This document shows positions 26,601 to 37,623 of a stretch of 64,000 bases of DNA, piece by piece; positions within the stretch are counted from its first letter, which is position 1; each line of letters begins with the position of its first letter. This DNA comes from Diplonema japonicum (lineage: Eukaryota > Protista > Euglenozoa: Diplonemea): contig OZ025728.1 in the NCBI GenBank assembly GCA_964019335.1, positions 124,001 through 188,000 of the forward strand. Reading direction: 5' to 3'. Below the pieces are notes generated by a model. The model saw nothing but the letters and a program-made list of their open reading frames with translations, did no database searches and was not told the DNA's origin. The translations under genes were made by a program, and so were the position numbers.

Positions 26601-26831
26601 GGTGTGCATATAGTCTATGCCGTAGGCGGCCATGTTGGCGATACCGTCGTTGGTTGCCAGGAATTTTTCAACTCGCATTAGGGTGTTCTCCACTCCCTTC
26701 GCCGCCATTTCCGCCTCGTTCCAACAACCGTCCTCATTGAACAATAGGACAATCCCTGCAATCTGACAGCTTATCGCCACCACCAGGCACAGTATGAGGA
26801 CGCCCCATACTTCACGCAGGCCTATATTCAT
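23640..26831 (-). CDS. Receptor-type protein: 2 TM + HAMP-like + degenerate class III nucleotide cyclase + STE11/MAP3K-like kinase; intron 25133-25089
   Basis: Two hydrophobic helices; cyclase-fold motifs (ADKILAAWN, SGHIG, VLGPAVEQANQL); intact kinase motifs LGAGAFGEV, VALK, HRDLKPAN, DFG, GTPLFMAPE. The VCWK8IKQQ segment is a 45-nt GTATGT..A-run..CAG intron. Confidence 0.9.
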   Translation of the reverse strand: MNIGLREVWGVLILCLVVAISCQIAGIVLLFNEDGCWNEAEMAAKGVENTLMRVEKFLATNDGIANMAAYGIDYMHTTTTGTISTGNCTDSAIKLTLNGVTAGVCDTTVSNIVHGSFSGPENSISYSINDASTMLTASSSVDLDLPHNFKLYIAHNRSVASVTCRTHTTALKILLLLVTGFLSVVMILLAVLWEISPSLQVICTDLQNLSWMGVDTVLTENRRLSHIKDIKKLQESVLRLTTSLRACKPYLPDTLMTMLTEGDKSTSESGNTEPIQCDESENQKEVQVITCPPKANHCGIKFQITTPSDQVFEPPFVAVDTPVNVSFNSTRRQTIPANSPTYTGRRKSAANAMAAIRRASAVGDGLLCDPMKFKEFKEARLGDSLGGSSTGGPPISRRRSSLFVTDKEFTNENISTRMAHKKGSLLAIELGISEVVDEDPAETYNLAASLVSVMLDIIRNENGVVLDLRADKILAAWNTHRPCLRHALEASHAAVSISQSLDSVDKDAMIDWSAAITSGMLYSGHIGNDKRRAPFVLGPAVEQANQLNKLSELLEAPVLLSETVHDVCWKKKKKKKKIKQQLIKDHITTRPIDVVQWEPNGRSQLVYELAGAGNPMMSAWKEGFAAFADSKYSEAVEKLTPFTHSPVEDMDSQATRLVTLATDAVQKRKHLPIPYCRRAVKLWQDWDEKTGSFLETSMVSAQSNPGIKKGRRKRNSSQVSSLSRTSKTTKVSHTEDLMHAIEKSRHGGRNSSLESDPWKNSDGSDDSDSDGFGLDLPAPSLFVDSGGSKWRRSDKLLGAGAFGEVWLGMGEDGSLVALKCLKVPPAPEETPRSKLRKSRPSTDSVTSIINEVDVLSQFREDSLVSFISAGVYEKHIIIVMEFVSGGSLAGLLDQFGSIPETTSKRYTKDILAGLAYLHRQDVVHRDLKPANVLMHADGQCKLADFGTSSKLSTVAVGNDLAGTPLFMAPEACRGKTVKASDIWSLGLTVTQMLLGDRPFQYATSVPKENQPFMRWLCREEGEIPLPPKEYVGEAAFSFIKRALLRDPAPRATADQLLKDPFVF

Positions 26832-26998
26832 CTCCCCGCCTGTTTTTTTTTTTTTTTTTGAAATTCTTTTTGAGACAGTATGAAAAATATATTCGAGGGG
26901 GGGGGGGGGGGTTATTCTTTTTTTTGTCAGTAGGGCTTAAAAAGTGCATGACCTTTTGGCATCCCGTGGTGGGTTTTGATTGCTACAAAAAAAAGTGG

Positions 26999-27031
<33 letters not shown>

Positions 27032-27705
27032 ATATTTTTTTTTCTGTTCATCAGAAAGGAGGGAGAGAGAGAGAAGAGAGAGAGAGAAAAAAAAAAGATT
27101 TCTTCTTCTTGGTGGGGTCCAGAAGAAAGAACAAGAAAAAAATAAGAACAGGGCTCTTTTTTTTTTTTTTTTTTTTTCCTTTTCCTTCTTTTTTATTTTC
27201 TTTCTTCCTCCTCTTTTTTTCCCCCCCCTTTTTTTTTTTTTTTTTTTTTCCTTTTTTTTTTTCTCACTCTTTTTCTTGTCCCGAGTTTTTCGGGATCAAC
27301 AGACAGAATAAGAAGAACAGGGCGAATAAAAAAAAACAGGGCGGGGTGCTCTAACTAGACCCCTAATTTTTAGAAATGCATTAATTGCATTAATTCTTTT
27401 TACGCTTTTGCCTGTCTGTGGCTGCGACTGGTACCGCAAGTAGCATTTTCAAGTGTCTAAATATTCAGGCATTACCCAGACTTAGGGGTCTAATTAGTTG
27501 TTCTTTCATAAAAAAAGAAAGAGAGAGAGAGAGGGAGAGAGAGGGATTAATTTAACGGAAAGGGGAAGAAGGATACCATCACGGCCCGAATGCGGTGTAG
27601 CAGCAATTCTTTTTTTTTTTTTTTGAAATATTAAAACGGTATTCTAAATAAATAAAAAAAAAAAAAAATATATATGAGTTAAAAGAGGCCGGTGTTGGTG
27701 GCGCC

Positions 27706-27738
<33 letters not shown>

Positions 27739-28890
27739 CATTAAAGTATGTAAGGTTAACCAGTCCACCTACGTAGCCTGGGGTTCTTTTTGTTGCTTGA
27801 ACGCTAGACTGGGAAAAAAAGAAAAAAAAAAAAAAAAGAAAAAAAAAAAAGAGACATTTAAGGGTACCTGCGGTATGTGGCAGGACGCCTCAAAAGGACG
27901 TCGGCAAATGACCCTTTATTGAAAAACTTGTAAAAAAAAAAATTCTTTTTTTTTAACTATTGATTTATGAAGAAAAAGAAATGAAAAAAAAAAAAATAAA
28001 GCTCGTGTAAAAATCAGAGTAAAGTCCACTATAATTCATGAAGACGTAATTTTCTTTATTTTTAAAAAAAAAAAAAAGAAAACTATTCTGTAAACTGAAT
28101 CGTGCAATACTTCCTATACGCGATCTTGCAATGACCACCACAGCCATCGCCAACGTGCCAAAATAAAATGGGTTAATCTTGCAGACTGGTGTGAGCTTCA
28201 GGGAGCTAAACGTTTCAGACATGCTACCCTATTCGAAGCGCCGGTATTGGATATGGAAGAAAAAAAAAAAGGAAAAAAAAAAAGTAATGCGAATTTGGCC
28301 CCAATGATTCCAATGTTGTAGCTGTGCTTCATTCTCGGCACTGTCTACTTGATTGTAGGGGGCAATAAAAAAAAAAAAAGAAAACGAGGCGGAAAATCTT
28401 TTCTCTTAGAAACCCTAGTTCTTTCGTTCGTGGCATATAATAGGCTGTGGTTGGAGGGGGGGTTTTTTTTTCTTTTTTTTTATTATATTTATTCCGAATA
28501 TTTAAAGGAAGATTACTATATGTCACTCTTTTAAAAAAAAAAGATTGTTTACTATTCGGCTGCACAAATCAAACGCCCCCACCATGAGAATTAAGAAAAA
28601 AAAACGGAATTTAGAAAAAAAAAAAAAAAAAAAGAAAAATAAAAAAAAAAATTACTACGTATTGCGAAATTAATGATTCAACGTTATCCTAGTTTCACTC
28701 GTTATCTTAGCTTCACAATGACAACGCAAAAGTGGTTAGCAACGGCCTACCACTTAGATCTTTTTAAATTTGAGAACATGAGTACCTTTCCCGTTGTGAT
28801 CTCATCCCACGGGTTGAGGGTGAGGATCCTGGTGCTCTCGCTCCGTGCCGATGAACTATTTTGTCTTTTGTTGTCCGCACGAGCAAAAAA

Positions 28891-28923
<33 letters not shown>

Positions 28924-28945
28924 AGAAACGCAAGGAGGGAACTTC

Positions 28946-29977
28946 TCAACAAGGAGTGGGAACACACACTTTACCATCACGGCGAGTTTCCGAACCAGCG
29001 GCACACAGCACACCGAGCCACCCCCCCGCCCCTCCCGTGTATAAATAAGGACCGCTCAACACCAAGGTAGAAACCATGGAAGCACGATGCCTCTCCACAC
29101 ATTCGAACCCCGCATCCTCAAACACAAACACCCCATGAAAACAGCCATAGTACACCTTGGAATCAAAAGACCAGACATCAGCACACTGACTAACCATCAC
29201 AGGCGATATCGAAGAATTGACCAACCCAGTACTAGGGTCCACCTTCACAGGACGCCCATTATTGCTGTACCCGGCAATTGTGTACAAAACCCCGTTTTGA
29301 AAAACCACTCTAGAATTCTGCGCGAGCATTCCACTAGCCTCGACAATGCGCGCGACGAACGGTTCCGCAGGGTCGGTCACGTCTACGGTTACCACCTCGG
29401 AGTAGCTGCCAGATGTAACACAATACACAATTCCCGAATAATATGTCAGGTCCTCCACTACCGATCGGGAATCTACTCCAAGAGGAGTTTTCGCAACTAC
29501 CCGAAGATCGTTTTTGCTGATTACAAAAAATATTTCAGAAGGTGTTTCTTGTGTGTATGCTGTGTACGTGATGTACAAGTACCCTGTCGACTGTGCTAGG
29601 CCCCGATAGGTGATTTTTTTCGCGTCTGGCAGAAGCGTGACGTGTATCCTTGCAGGCCTTGCTGGTGAGATCGAAAGGTCGTACTTCACCACCATCGTTG
29701 TGTAGGCAACGTAGAGAGCGTTCCCGTCGCTTACCGTGGCCATCGGGCGGACGCCTGTGTCGTGCGGTGTGATGGTGCCTGCTTGTACAGGAGATGCTTT
29801 ATCGGTTGTGTTGATGATGATCACCTCGAACCCGGTTACTGAATACACGTAATCGTCGTTCCATGCTGCGGCGTCCCGGGCGGTAGCGGTCCCGTGGGAG
29901 GCCTTGAGCTGCCCCAGCGTTGCGTTTCGCCCCTCCGCTAAGCAGAAGAGTGCGAAGATAATCGCTGTGCGCTCCAT
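28946..29977 (-). CDS. Secreted LVIVD-like beta-propeller protein without WSC domains (C-terminus uncertain)
   Basis: Signal peptide MERTAIIFALFCLAEG; blades DGNALYVA, YRGLAQSTGYLYIT, TVDVTDPAEP, QCADVWSFDSKVYYGC are paralogous to the neighbours. Confidence 0.82.
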   Translation of the reverse strand: MERTAIIFALFCLAEGRNATLGQLKASHGTATARDAAAWNDDYVYSVTGFEVIIINTTDKASPVQAGTITPHDTGVRPMATVSDGNALYVAYTTMVVKYDLSISPARPARIHVTLLPDAKKITYRGLAQSTGYLYITYTAYTQETPSEIFFVISKNDLRVVAKTPLGVDSRSVVEDLTYYSGIVYCVTSGSYSEVVTVDVTDPAEPFVARIVEASGMLAQNSRVVFQNGVLYTIAGYSNNGRPVKVDPSTGLVNSSISPVMVSQCADVWSFDSKVYYGCFHGVFVFEDAGFECVERHRASMVSTLVLSGPYLYTGGAGGWLGVLCAAGSETRRDGKVCVPTPC

Positions 29978-30280
29978 TTTCTTTTCCCCCTCCCCTCCCC
30001 CCCCTTTTTTTTTTTTTGAAATTTTCCAGAAAATAAGAGGGAAAAAAAAAAAAAAAAAAAGGAACGCAGAGAGGAAGCTGTCATAATGAGGATCACACCA
30101 CTTTTACCAGCACCAAGCTTCCTTGAGAATCATGAGGTTTTTTACACCGAGCTTAGCTCGAGACCTGCTCTCAGGGAGGCTTGTGGGGGAATGCTGTATT
30201 CATGGGTGTGATGGAATAAAAGAAGAGGGAGTAAAGGGGGGAAGAGGGATAAGAGTGTTCTGTTCTTTTTCGAGTCATTA

Positions 30281-32194
30281 CTACTTTGATGACCAAACAC
30301 TGTTGTGGTGGCCACCACCACAGGTCTCAGAGGGCTTCCCAGGACAGGGCTTGTTGCACCTGCTCTCAGACACCTTGCGGCTGTTGTCAACGTTGTTCCC
30401 ACACCAGCACTGCCTCCCGTACTGAAGACCTGCAACAGAGTACCCGTTGTGCTGGCAGGTCCGGGTGCACTCCTCCACACTGTTCAGCTTGCTGTCAGAG
30501 TAGGCATACACAGGGAACTGCCTGTTGGAGGAGTAGTCACGGAAGCAGCCCATGTAGCTGAAGGTGTCCCTCGGGGCCACAGGGGACACAGAGTAAACCT
30601 GGTTCCTCCAACCTCCACCGCAGGTCTGTGTGCTGTCCCCACTGCACGGGTCGTCGCACTGTGACATCACTGTCCTCTTTGAAGTGGAGAGGTCGTCCCC
30701 ACACCAGCACTGCTTCCCGTACTGAAGACCTGCGTACTTGTACCCGTTGTGCTGGCAGGTCCGGGTGCACTCCCACACAGTGTTCAGGGGCGACGAGAAG
30801 GCAAGGTGTGGGAGCCTCCTTGTCCTGCCATCCTTGAAGCACCCCTCCAGGACAGGGGTGTGAGGGGGCACAGGGACAAGGCTGTACACTGTGTTCTTAA
30901 GGTTGCCCCCGCACGTGTCTGAGCTGTCCCCGCTGCAGGTGGAGCCGCACATCGCGGGGTCCACCCGTTTCGATGTGGAGATGCTGTTCCCACACCAGCA
31001 CTCCCTCCCGATCTGGGTCCCCGAGTACTTGTACCCCTTTGACTGGCAGATCGTTGCACACTCCCCGTTCGTGAGCCCATTCGTATCAGTGTAGGCAAGG
31101 TGCGGGAGCTTCCTCTCGGTTACACTGTCGTCGAAGCAGCCCTCCAAGACAGGGGTAGGAGTGGGAACAGGTGTCGGCAGAGGAGTGGGAACAGGTGTTG
31201 GCAGAGGAGTGGGAGCAGGTGTTGGTGCCGGGGATAGGACAACAGGTCCCAAGGGCAGTCTGAAGACGCGATCATCGCCTGCATAGAGGTACTCCCCGCT
31301 AATAACAATCGTATAACTACTCGCATAGTCCATGTCGAGGGTTATGAAGGTGTTCGGCGTCTCTTCATACAAGACGAACAGCCTACTAGTACACATGGCG
31401 TACACCCTCGAGTTGTGGAACCTGATGTCGCTGCAGCCACGGACGGTGGCAGGCAAGTTGAGAACCTCGGGAACACCCGTCGAAGCGTCGAGCTTCAGAA
31501 GCTTCTTTTCCGATGAGCCTTCCTGCCTGCTGACGTAAATGTACCCATTGTGGAAGGCGACCCTGTTAGTGTACAAGTAAGGTATCTGGAAGTAGTGCGT
31601 CTCAATAGGGTTGGCGGGGTCAGACACATCGGTGACGGAAATACCAGAAGGATCCCCCTGGTTGTTCAGGCTCCTTGAAGCGTATATCTTCCCATCATCG
31701 TACGCCAATGCGTTGAAGGGGTTGTCGCTCGTAGTGGAACCAAGAACTCTGAGGGTCCCCTTTTCCAACACATACAAATGGTATTGTTTCTCCTTGCAGG
31801 TGATGTAAATGTGTTCATTGTCTTGAGACAAACTGCGCCACCCGCTGCTCGCCGTTTTGGGTGGTGAGAAGACACCAATTTCAACAGGATCCTCAGGGTT
31901 TGACAAGTCGTACATAATTAGCTTGGGGACAGTAGACACATACAGCCTGTTCCCGCTTACCAGTAAAGAGTTCGTGTAGGCAGGACCGGGTAGCGTCTTC
32001 ACCGTTACAGGGTCCCCCTTGTCCGCTATGTTGATAATCTTCACCAAGTAGTCTGTTACTGTGTACAGGTAGTTGTTTGATACAGCCATGCTTGTTGTGC
32101 TGCCTGTTATCAAAGAGTCGGACATCAAAGTCAGCTCTTGAGCTGCGCTTGAAGCTGCCAGTAGTGCTACTAGGCACAACCGTGTGTTAAACAT
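30281..32194 (-). CDS. Secreted LVIVD-like propeller + PT linker + 3 WSC domains
   Basis: Signal peptide; NYLY/RLYV blades and DVSDPANP; PTPAPT linker; three GCFxD...C...C...GY.YAG.Q.G..CWCG...C...C.G.....CGG WSC repeats. Confidence 0.92.
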   Translation of the reverse strand: MFNTRLCLVALLAASSAAQELTLMSDSLITGSTTSMAVSNNYLYTVTDYLVKIINIADKGDPVTVKTLPGPAYTNSLLVSGNRLYVSTVPKLIMYDLSNPEDPVEIGVFSPPKTASSGWRSLSQDNEHIYITCKEKQYHLYVLEKGTLRVLGSTTSDNPFNALAYDDGKIYASRSLNNQGDPSGISVTDVSDPANPIETHYFQIPYLYTNRVAFHNGYIYVSRQEGSSEKKLLKLDASTGVPEVLNLPATVRGCSDIRFHNSRVYAMCTSRLFVLYEETPNTFITLDMDYASSYTIVISGEYLYAGDDRVFRLPLGPVVLSPAPTPAPTPLPTPVPTPLPTPVPTPTPVLEGCFDDSVTERKLPHLAYTDTNGLTNGECATICQSKGYKYSGTQIGRECWCGNSISTSKRVDPAMCGSTCSGDSSDTCGGNLKNTVYSLVPVPPHTPVLEGCFKDGRTRRLPHLAFSSPLNTVWECTRTCQHNGYKYAGLQYGKQCWCGDDLSTSKRTVMSQCDDPCSGDSTQTCGGGWRNQVYSVSPVAPRDTFSYMGCFRDYSSNRQFPVYAYSDSKLNSVEECTRTCQHNGYSVAGLQYGRQCWCGNNVDNSRKVSESRCNKPCPGKPSETCGGGHHNSVWSSK

Positions 32195-32195
32195 T

Positions 32196-32242
<47 letters not shown>

Positions 32243-33098
32243 AAACTGTTAACGAATTACGATTTTGCGCCCCGCGTCACTACTCCCGTACATAAAGGTC
32301 AACGACCCGTGGGAGATCAAAGTACATCGAAAGAAGTCAAAAACGAGAACTCTGAAGATGCTCTCGCGTTACACAACCGAAGAATTTCTCCACCAACTAT
32401 GGTGCACAGAGGGTTGGAACAAATGCCAACTCGCCCTAGAAGAGAGAAGAAGAAGTCACGGACAGCGTACGGCAGAGGGCCGAGCTGGATGCACACACTG
32501 ATAAGGAGTCTCAGGCATAGGTATAAGGGCTGTTTCTAAGAAGGCATGGAGGCCTTTCGTGATGCATGAGAGAGAGCTGAAGAACTGTATGTCAAAACAG
32601 TACAAGGGCAAGGTTCTTTTCTTGGGCAGGCTGGGCGTGGGGGAAAGAAAAAAAAAACAAAACAAAAAACAAAAAGAGAATAGAGAAGAATAGAAATAAG
32701 AAGAAAAAAAAAAAAAACAAAGAACCAAAAGAAAAAAAAGGGGGGGGGGAAGAAGAAAGATTAAACAGCCGCCTTTTTGATATCACACCCGCAGGCCAGC
32801 ATCCTTCCTGGGCGGATCCTGAGAATCATGAGGGTTTACAATGGGCTTTATTTTTCTTTCGGCCGCAGATACCTACTCTCAGGGTTCCTGTGGGAAGGGG
32901 GCATTGGGTAAGATAGGGGGTGAATATAGGAGAACCTTCCTATTGAAATAAAACGAAAAAAGAACGAACAAAGAGGGAGAGACTCGCTGTCTTTTCTTTT
33001 GATAAAAAAATAATTACGGGGGGGGGAATATGAAAAATGTTAGAATGAAGGAAAAAATAAGGGAGGGGAATAAGTGACCAAACTGCATTTTCTTAACT

Positions 33099-35306
33099 TT
33101 ACAACGTCCAAACACTGTTGTGCCAGCCACCACCACAATTCTCAGAGGGCTTCCCAGGACAGGGCTTGTTGCACCTGCTCTCAGACACCTTGCGGCTGTT
33201 GTCAACGTTGTTCCCACACCAGCACTGCCTCCCGTACTGAAGACCCGCGTACTTGTACCCGTTGTGCTGGCAGGTCCGGGTACATTTCTCCACACTGTTC
33301 AGCTTGCTGTCAGAGTAGGCATACACAGGGAACTGCCTGTTGGAGGAGTAGTCACGGAAGCAGCCCATGTAGTTGACGGGGCCACTGGGGGCCACAGGGG
33401 ATAGCGAGTAAACCTGGTTCCTCCAACCTCCACCGCAGGTCTGTGTGCTGTCCCCACTGCACGGGTCGTCGCACTGTGACATCACTGTCCTCGTTGAAGT
33501 GGAGAGGTCGTCCCCACACCAGCACTGCTTCCCGTACTGAAGACCTGCGTACTTGTACCCGTTGTGCTGGCAGGTCCGGGTGCACTCCCACACAGTGTTC
33601 AGGGGCGACGAGAAGGCATGGTGTGAGAGCCTCCTTGTCCTGCCATCCTTGAAGCACCCCTCCAGGACAGGGGTGTGAGGGGGCACAGGGACAAGGCTGT
33701 ACACTGTGTTCCTGAAGTACCACCCGCACGTGTCCGAGCTGTCTCCGCTGCAGGTGGAGCTGCATATCGCGGGGTCCACTCGTTTTGAAGTGGAGAGGTC
33801 GTCCCCACACCAGCATTCTTCACCAGCTTGGGTCCCCGAGTACTTGTACCCCCTCGACTGGCAGATCGTTGCACACTCCCCGTTCGTGAGCTTCTTATCG
33901 GTGTAGGCAAGGTGCGGGAGCTTCCTCTCAAACAAATGGTCGTCGAAGCAGCCCTCCAAGACAGGGGTGTGGGGTGCCACGGGCTCTGTGAACTGGTACA
34001 CCTTCATCCTCCCGTCCCCACCGCACTTCACAGAGGAGTCCCCCGTGCACTCCAGTTCCTCGCAGTCGGAGGCAATGTGGCGCACCGCCCCAGACATGGA
34101 GTCCCCACACCAGCACTCGCTCCCGAACTCAACACCAGCAAAGGAGTAGCCCCCCGAGTGGCACCTCTCCACGCACGACTCGACCGTGTTGTCGGTGCCA
34201 TTGTACTCCAGGAACCTGCTTATATTTGAGCTAGCGTAGCACCCGATCTCCCAGCGGGGGAGGGGTGTGGGGGCAGGTGTGGGAGCAGGCGTGGGAACAG
34301 GTGTGGGAGCAGGAGTAGGAGCAGGTGTGGGCAAAGCGATCTGGTACACGGCAATCTGGTGCCCCGAGTAGAGGTACGGGGGGTGGATGCTAATAACATT
34401 AGTGCGACGTGACCCGTCGCCCACGAATGCGGGGAAGGAGTCGGGCCCCTCTTCCAAGAAGACTAGCAGCCCCCTATTAAGGCACGCCGCGAAGAGACGG
34501 GAGTTGAAGAACTTCAAGTCGGAGCACTGATGGAAGGCACCGCTTGGCGAGGAAAACACGGACACCCCAGTAGCAGGATCCAGCCTCACGAGCCGCGAGT
34601 CGCCCATGATGTAGTATATGAACCCGTTGTGAGGGGCGATCGCACGGGACATGACCGTCCCGCTCCCCGAAGGGGGGTACAAGGTGGACACCAAGGAAGG
34701 GCTGGCGGGGTTGGTCACATCAAACACAGCGATACGGGGGTTGGGGGTGGACACCACACAGTAGACCCTCCCATCCATGTATGCTATCGAAGTCATACTA
34801 AAGTAGTCACCAGTACCAAAAAAACTATCGGACCCCACCTTGCTAAGCGTATCCTTATCGAGGACAAAGAGGCTGTGGTGGTCGTTATTAGTTTTCAAGG
34901 CAATGAATATGTGAGAATCGGATTTTGTCAAGCCACGGTAAGTGGTCCTACGGGATTTTTCAGGACGGTAGTCAAAGATGGCCAGCTTTACAGGGTCTAC
35001 AGGGTCAGTAGTCAGGTCGTAGATTGCCAATTCCCAGGTTTGTGCCACGTAGAGGTAATCGCCATCTATCAAAACTCCACGAGAAGGGTCCTGCCCTATG
35101 AAGCCTATTTCGACGGGGCTTTCCTTGTTGGTGATGTTTGTTACCTTCAGCTTGAGGTCCACGGTGATGCTGTATGCGAAATCGTCTCCCCATATGGCCA
35201 AATCTACCGCATTATTGAGAGATGACCCTGCGTCACCCAGTTTCGTCAGTTCCTGCCCGGCTGCACTCGACACTGCGAACAATAGGAATACTGTAATGGT
35301 CCTCAT
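33099..35306 (-). CDS. Secreted LVIVD-like propeller + PT linker + 4 WSC domains
   Basis: Signal peptide; GDYLYVA and FDVTNPASP blades; PT linker; four WSC repeats, the last three closely matching 30281-31150. Confidence 0.92.
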   Translation of the reverse strand: MRTITVFLLFAVSSAAGQELTKLGDAGSSLNNAVDLAIWGDDFAYSITVDLKLKVTNITNKESPVEIGFIGQDPSRGVLIDGDYLYVAQTWELAIYDLTTDPVDPVKLAIFDYRPEKSRRTTYRGLTKSDSHIFIALKTNNDHHSLFVLDKDTLSKVGSDSFFGTGDYFSMTSIAYMDGRVYCVVSTPNPRIAVFDVTNPASPSLVSTLYPPSGSGTVMSRAIAPHNGFIYYIMGDSRLVRLDPATGVSVFSSPSGAFHQCSDLKFFNSRLFAACLNRGLLVFLEEGPDSFPAFVGDGSRRTNVISIHPPYLYSGHQIAVYQIALPTPAPTPAPTPVPTPAPTPAPTPLPRWEIGCYASSNISRFLEYNGTDNTVESCVERCHSGGYSFAGVEFGSECWCGDSMSGAVRHIASDCEELECTGDSSVKCGGDGRMKVYQFTEPVAPHTPVLEGCFDDHLFERKLPHLAYTDKKLTNGECATICQSRGYKYSGTQAGEECWCGDDLSTSKRVDPAICSSTCSGDSSDTCGWYFRNTVYSLVPVPPHTPVLEGCFKDGRTRRLSHHAFSSPLNTVWECTRTCQHNGYKYAGLQYGKQCWCGDDLSTSTRTVMSQCDDPCSGDSTQTCGGGWRNQVYSLSPVAPSGPVNYMGCFRDYSSNRQFPVYAYSDSKLNSVEKCTRTCQHNGYKYAGLQYGRQCWCGNNVDNSRKVSESRCNKPCPGKPSENCGGGWHNSVWTL

Positions 35307-35721
35307 TTTTTTTTTTCTTTGTTTTAAAACCTTTTTTTTTTTTTAAAGACGGGAGAGAAAAAAAAAAAACCCAAAAAAAAAAAAGTTAAACTCAAAGTAC
35401 AGGACAAGAGGGCCACCCTATGGGAGGGGGGTCCTGTGCAACATAGGTACTTGAAGTAAGCCGGGGCTGCATGTCAGGGTGGTGATATAAGAGTCCGTTG
35501 ATTATAATTTTTATTAAGTTGCGCAGAGCCGGGATTATACTTGTGGAAAGCTAATGCCCGACTGCGATTGCCGCTACTTTTTTTTTTTTTTTTTTTCTTT
35601 CCCGTTCAAGTAAAAAAAAAAAAAAAAGTGTCATTGAAGGGAACCTGCAGTATGTGACAGGATCGCCTAAAAAAGAAATGGGGCTTTGATTGCAACACTA
35701 GGTGGCGTTAAGCGTGCAACG

Positions 35722-35764
<43 letters not shown>

Positions 35765-36103
35765 AAGGAACAAAAGAAGGGGAAAAAAAAGAATAATTCA
35801 CAACGAAATTCAATGAAGTTTTCCAGCCCGCATGACTTTTTCTAAAAGGGCCCCCCCCGAATAATTCCATCCCAAGTAATGTGTTTTTTCCCAATAATTT
35901 TTTTCTTTTGGGGACCGGGGGGGTAGGGGGGGTCACATGGGGGTGGTGGCAAGTGCCCAGAAATGCTCTAATCCGGCGAATTTTGATTTTTTGGTTAATT
36001 TGGAGGGTATTGGGCGGTTTTTTTCACCTTAGGGGAAAAGATTTTAAAAAACTTTTTTTTTTCACGTTTAACCACGTTTTTTAGGACCATGTGACCCCCC
36101 CTA

Positions 36104-36270
36104 GGCTATGCTGGCATGGAAACGCGTTTCCATGCATTTTTTGAAAAAAAGGGAAACGGAAACGGAAACGGAAACATTTCCTTAAGTTTCCTTAAGAAGG
36201 AAGCCGTTTCCATAAGAATTTTGAAAAGTATGGAAACGGAAACGTTTCCACGTTTCCTGCCAGCATAGCC
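36104..36270. mobile_element. MITE (GGCTATGCTGGCA TIR) with GGAAAC subrepeats
   Basis: GGCTATGCTGGCA..GGAAACG / CGTTTCCTGCCAGCATAGCC; CTA on both sides; second copy at 52030. Confidence 0.8.
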
Positions 36271-36273
36271 CTA

Positions 36274-36968
36274 GGCATAGTGGTGAGACGACTCGCATGC
36301 GAGAATGCGAGTCGCATTCTCGCACCAAATTCTCGCACATTCTCGCATGCGAGAATTTTTTTTGGCTGAAATTTCAACAGGGAAGGCTAGGTGCCTGAAT
36401 GTCAAAATCTTCTAAGGACCTCAACAGGCAGTGCTTTGCCCCGTGGTGGGGCAGGGGTTCATAGACGGGTGGGCGATGTTGTGTTTGGTCGCAGGCACCA
36501 CCAACCACCAAGCAGCAAGCCTTCCCAGCATCCCATTGGTGGAGCTCGCGCATGAAGATACCGACACCAGACACGCTGCTGGCAAAGGGGCCCGGATTCG
36601 AGAAGGAGACAAGGGCTCGAAAAGAGTGAAGCAAAGCATCGAAAAGACCCTGTTGCCGTTAAACACAGACGCCACCAGTGCCAAACATTTCTGGGCTGGT
36701 CGGGTACTCAGAGGAACCCCTCGTCCCACCTGGACATCAAGGAGGGTGAATCACACACGGGGGCGGACGTGAACGCACTGATCGCGTTAGTTCGGAAGGA
36801 GTATGAAGGTCGAGGGGGGGTTATTTTTGACACATGCACACCTGAAGTGCACACTAGCATGTGCGAGAATACGCGAGAATGTGCGAGAATGCGAGTCGTT
36901 TTGCGAGAATTTCGGCTCAGACTTTTTGTGCGAAAATGCGAGAATGCGACTCGCACCACCACTATGCC
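36274..36968. mobile_element. Non-autonomous TIR element (GGCATAGTGGTG) with TGCGAGAA subterminal repeats
   Basis: TA|GGCATAGTGGTG ... CACCACTATGCC|TA; multiple TTCTCGCA / TGCGAGAA motifs near both ends. Confidence 0.8.
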
Positions 36969-37623
36969 TAGGGGGGGGGGGGGGGGGGGTCACATGGTAG
37001 TTGTAAAAAACGGGTTTTTCTCAGATACGCCTGTGCAGGGTACCTCCTTTTTCTTTTGACCAAAAAGTCGATTTCCGTCCGGTTTTGGGCACCTTGGGCA
37101 CTTACGAGCAATTCTTTTTGCATTTTTTGAACACGGTTTGGAACCTGGGGGGTTATTCGATACGCTGCTTCTGTGTGGCACCGTAGGGGGCCGTAGGCGG
37201 TTGCCGGTCCGTGCTTTCCATGTGGCAGGCCCCCCCCAGCCCAAATAAGTACAACCCAAATAAGTGTATTTCACCCTCCCAAAGAAAGAAATTATTCGGG
37301 GCCCCTTTTTTTATATTTATATTTTGATTCTTTTTTTTTTCATTTCAAGACGGGGGGGAAAGAAGTTTCACTGTTCGTGGATAAATAAATAAAAAAAAAG
37401 AGTTAGTAGTTCTCGTTATTAAAGCATACGCCCTTCTCGAGATTCAATTAGGCACTTTTTTTGTTTTAAACCAACTTAGCAAGAACTTCTTAACTCATGG
37501 AAGAAGGGGGAAAAAAAAAAGGGAACAAACCTCAAAAAAAAAATATAAGATTAATCTTGTTTTTTGTTGAGGAGAACCTACGAATGAAAAAAAATAAAAA
37601 TAAAAAAAATGAAAAAAAAAAAA

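Larger units (their letters stand above)
35848..37305. mobile_element. Outer TIR element hosting two nested MITEs
   Basis: GGGCCCC..CGAATAATT at left versus AATTATTCGGGGCCCC at right. An internal palindrome ACCATGTGACCCCCCC / GGGGGGGTCACATGGT is split by the insertions. Confidence 0.55.

Noticed and set aside
36150-36960. CRISPR-like array from GGAAAC and TGCGAGAA repeats
   Set aside because: Short subterminal TE repeats without regular unique spacers; the Cas4-like domain at ~60 kb has no cas1/cas2 or array.
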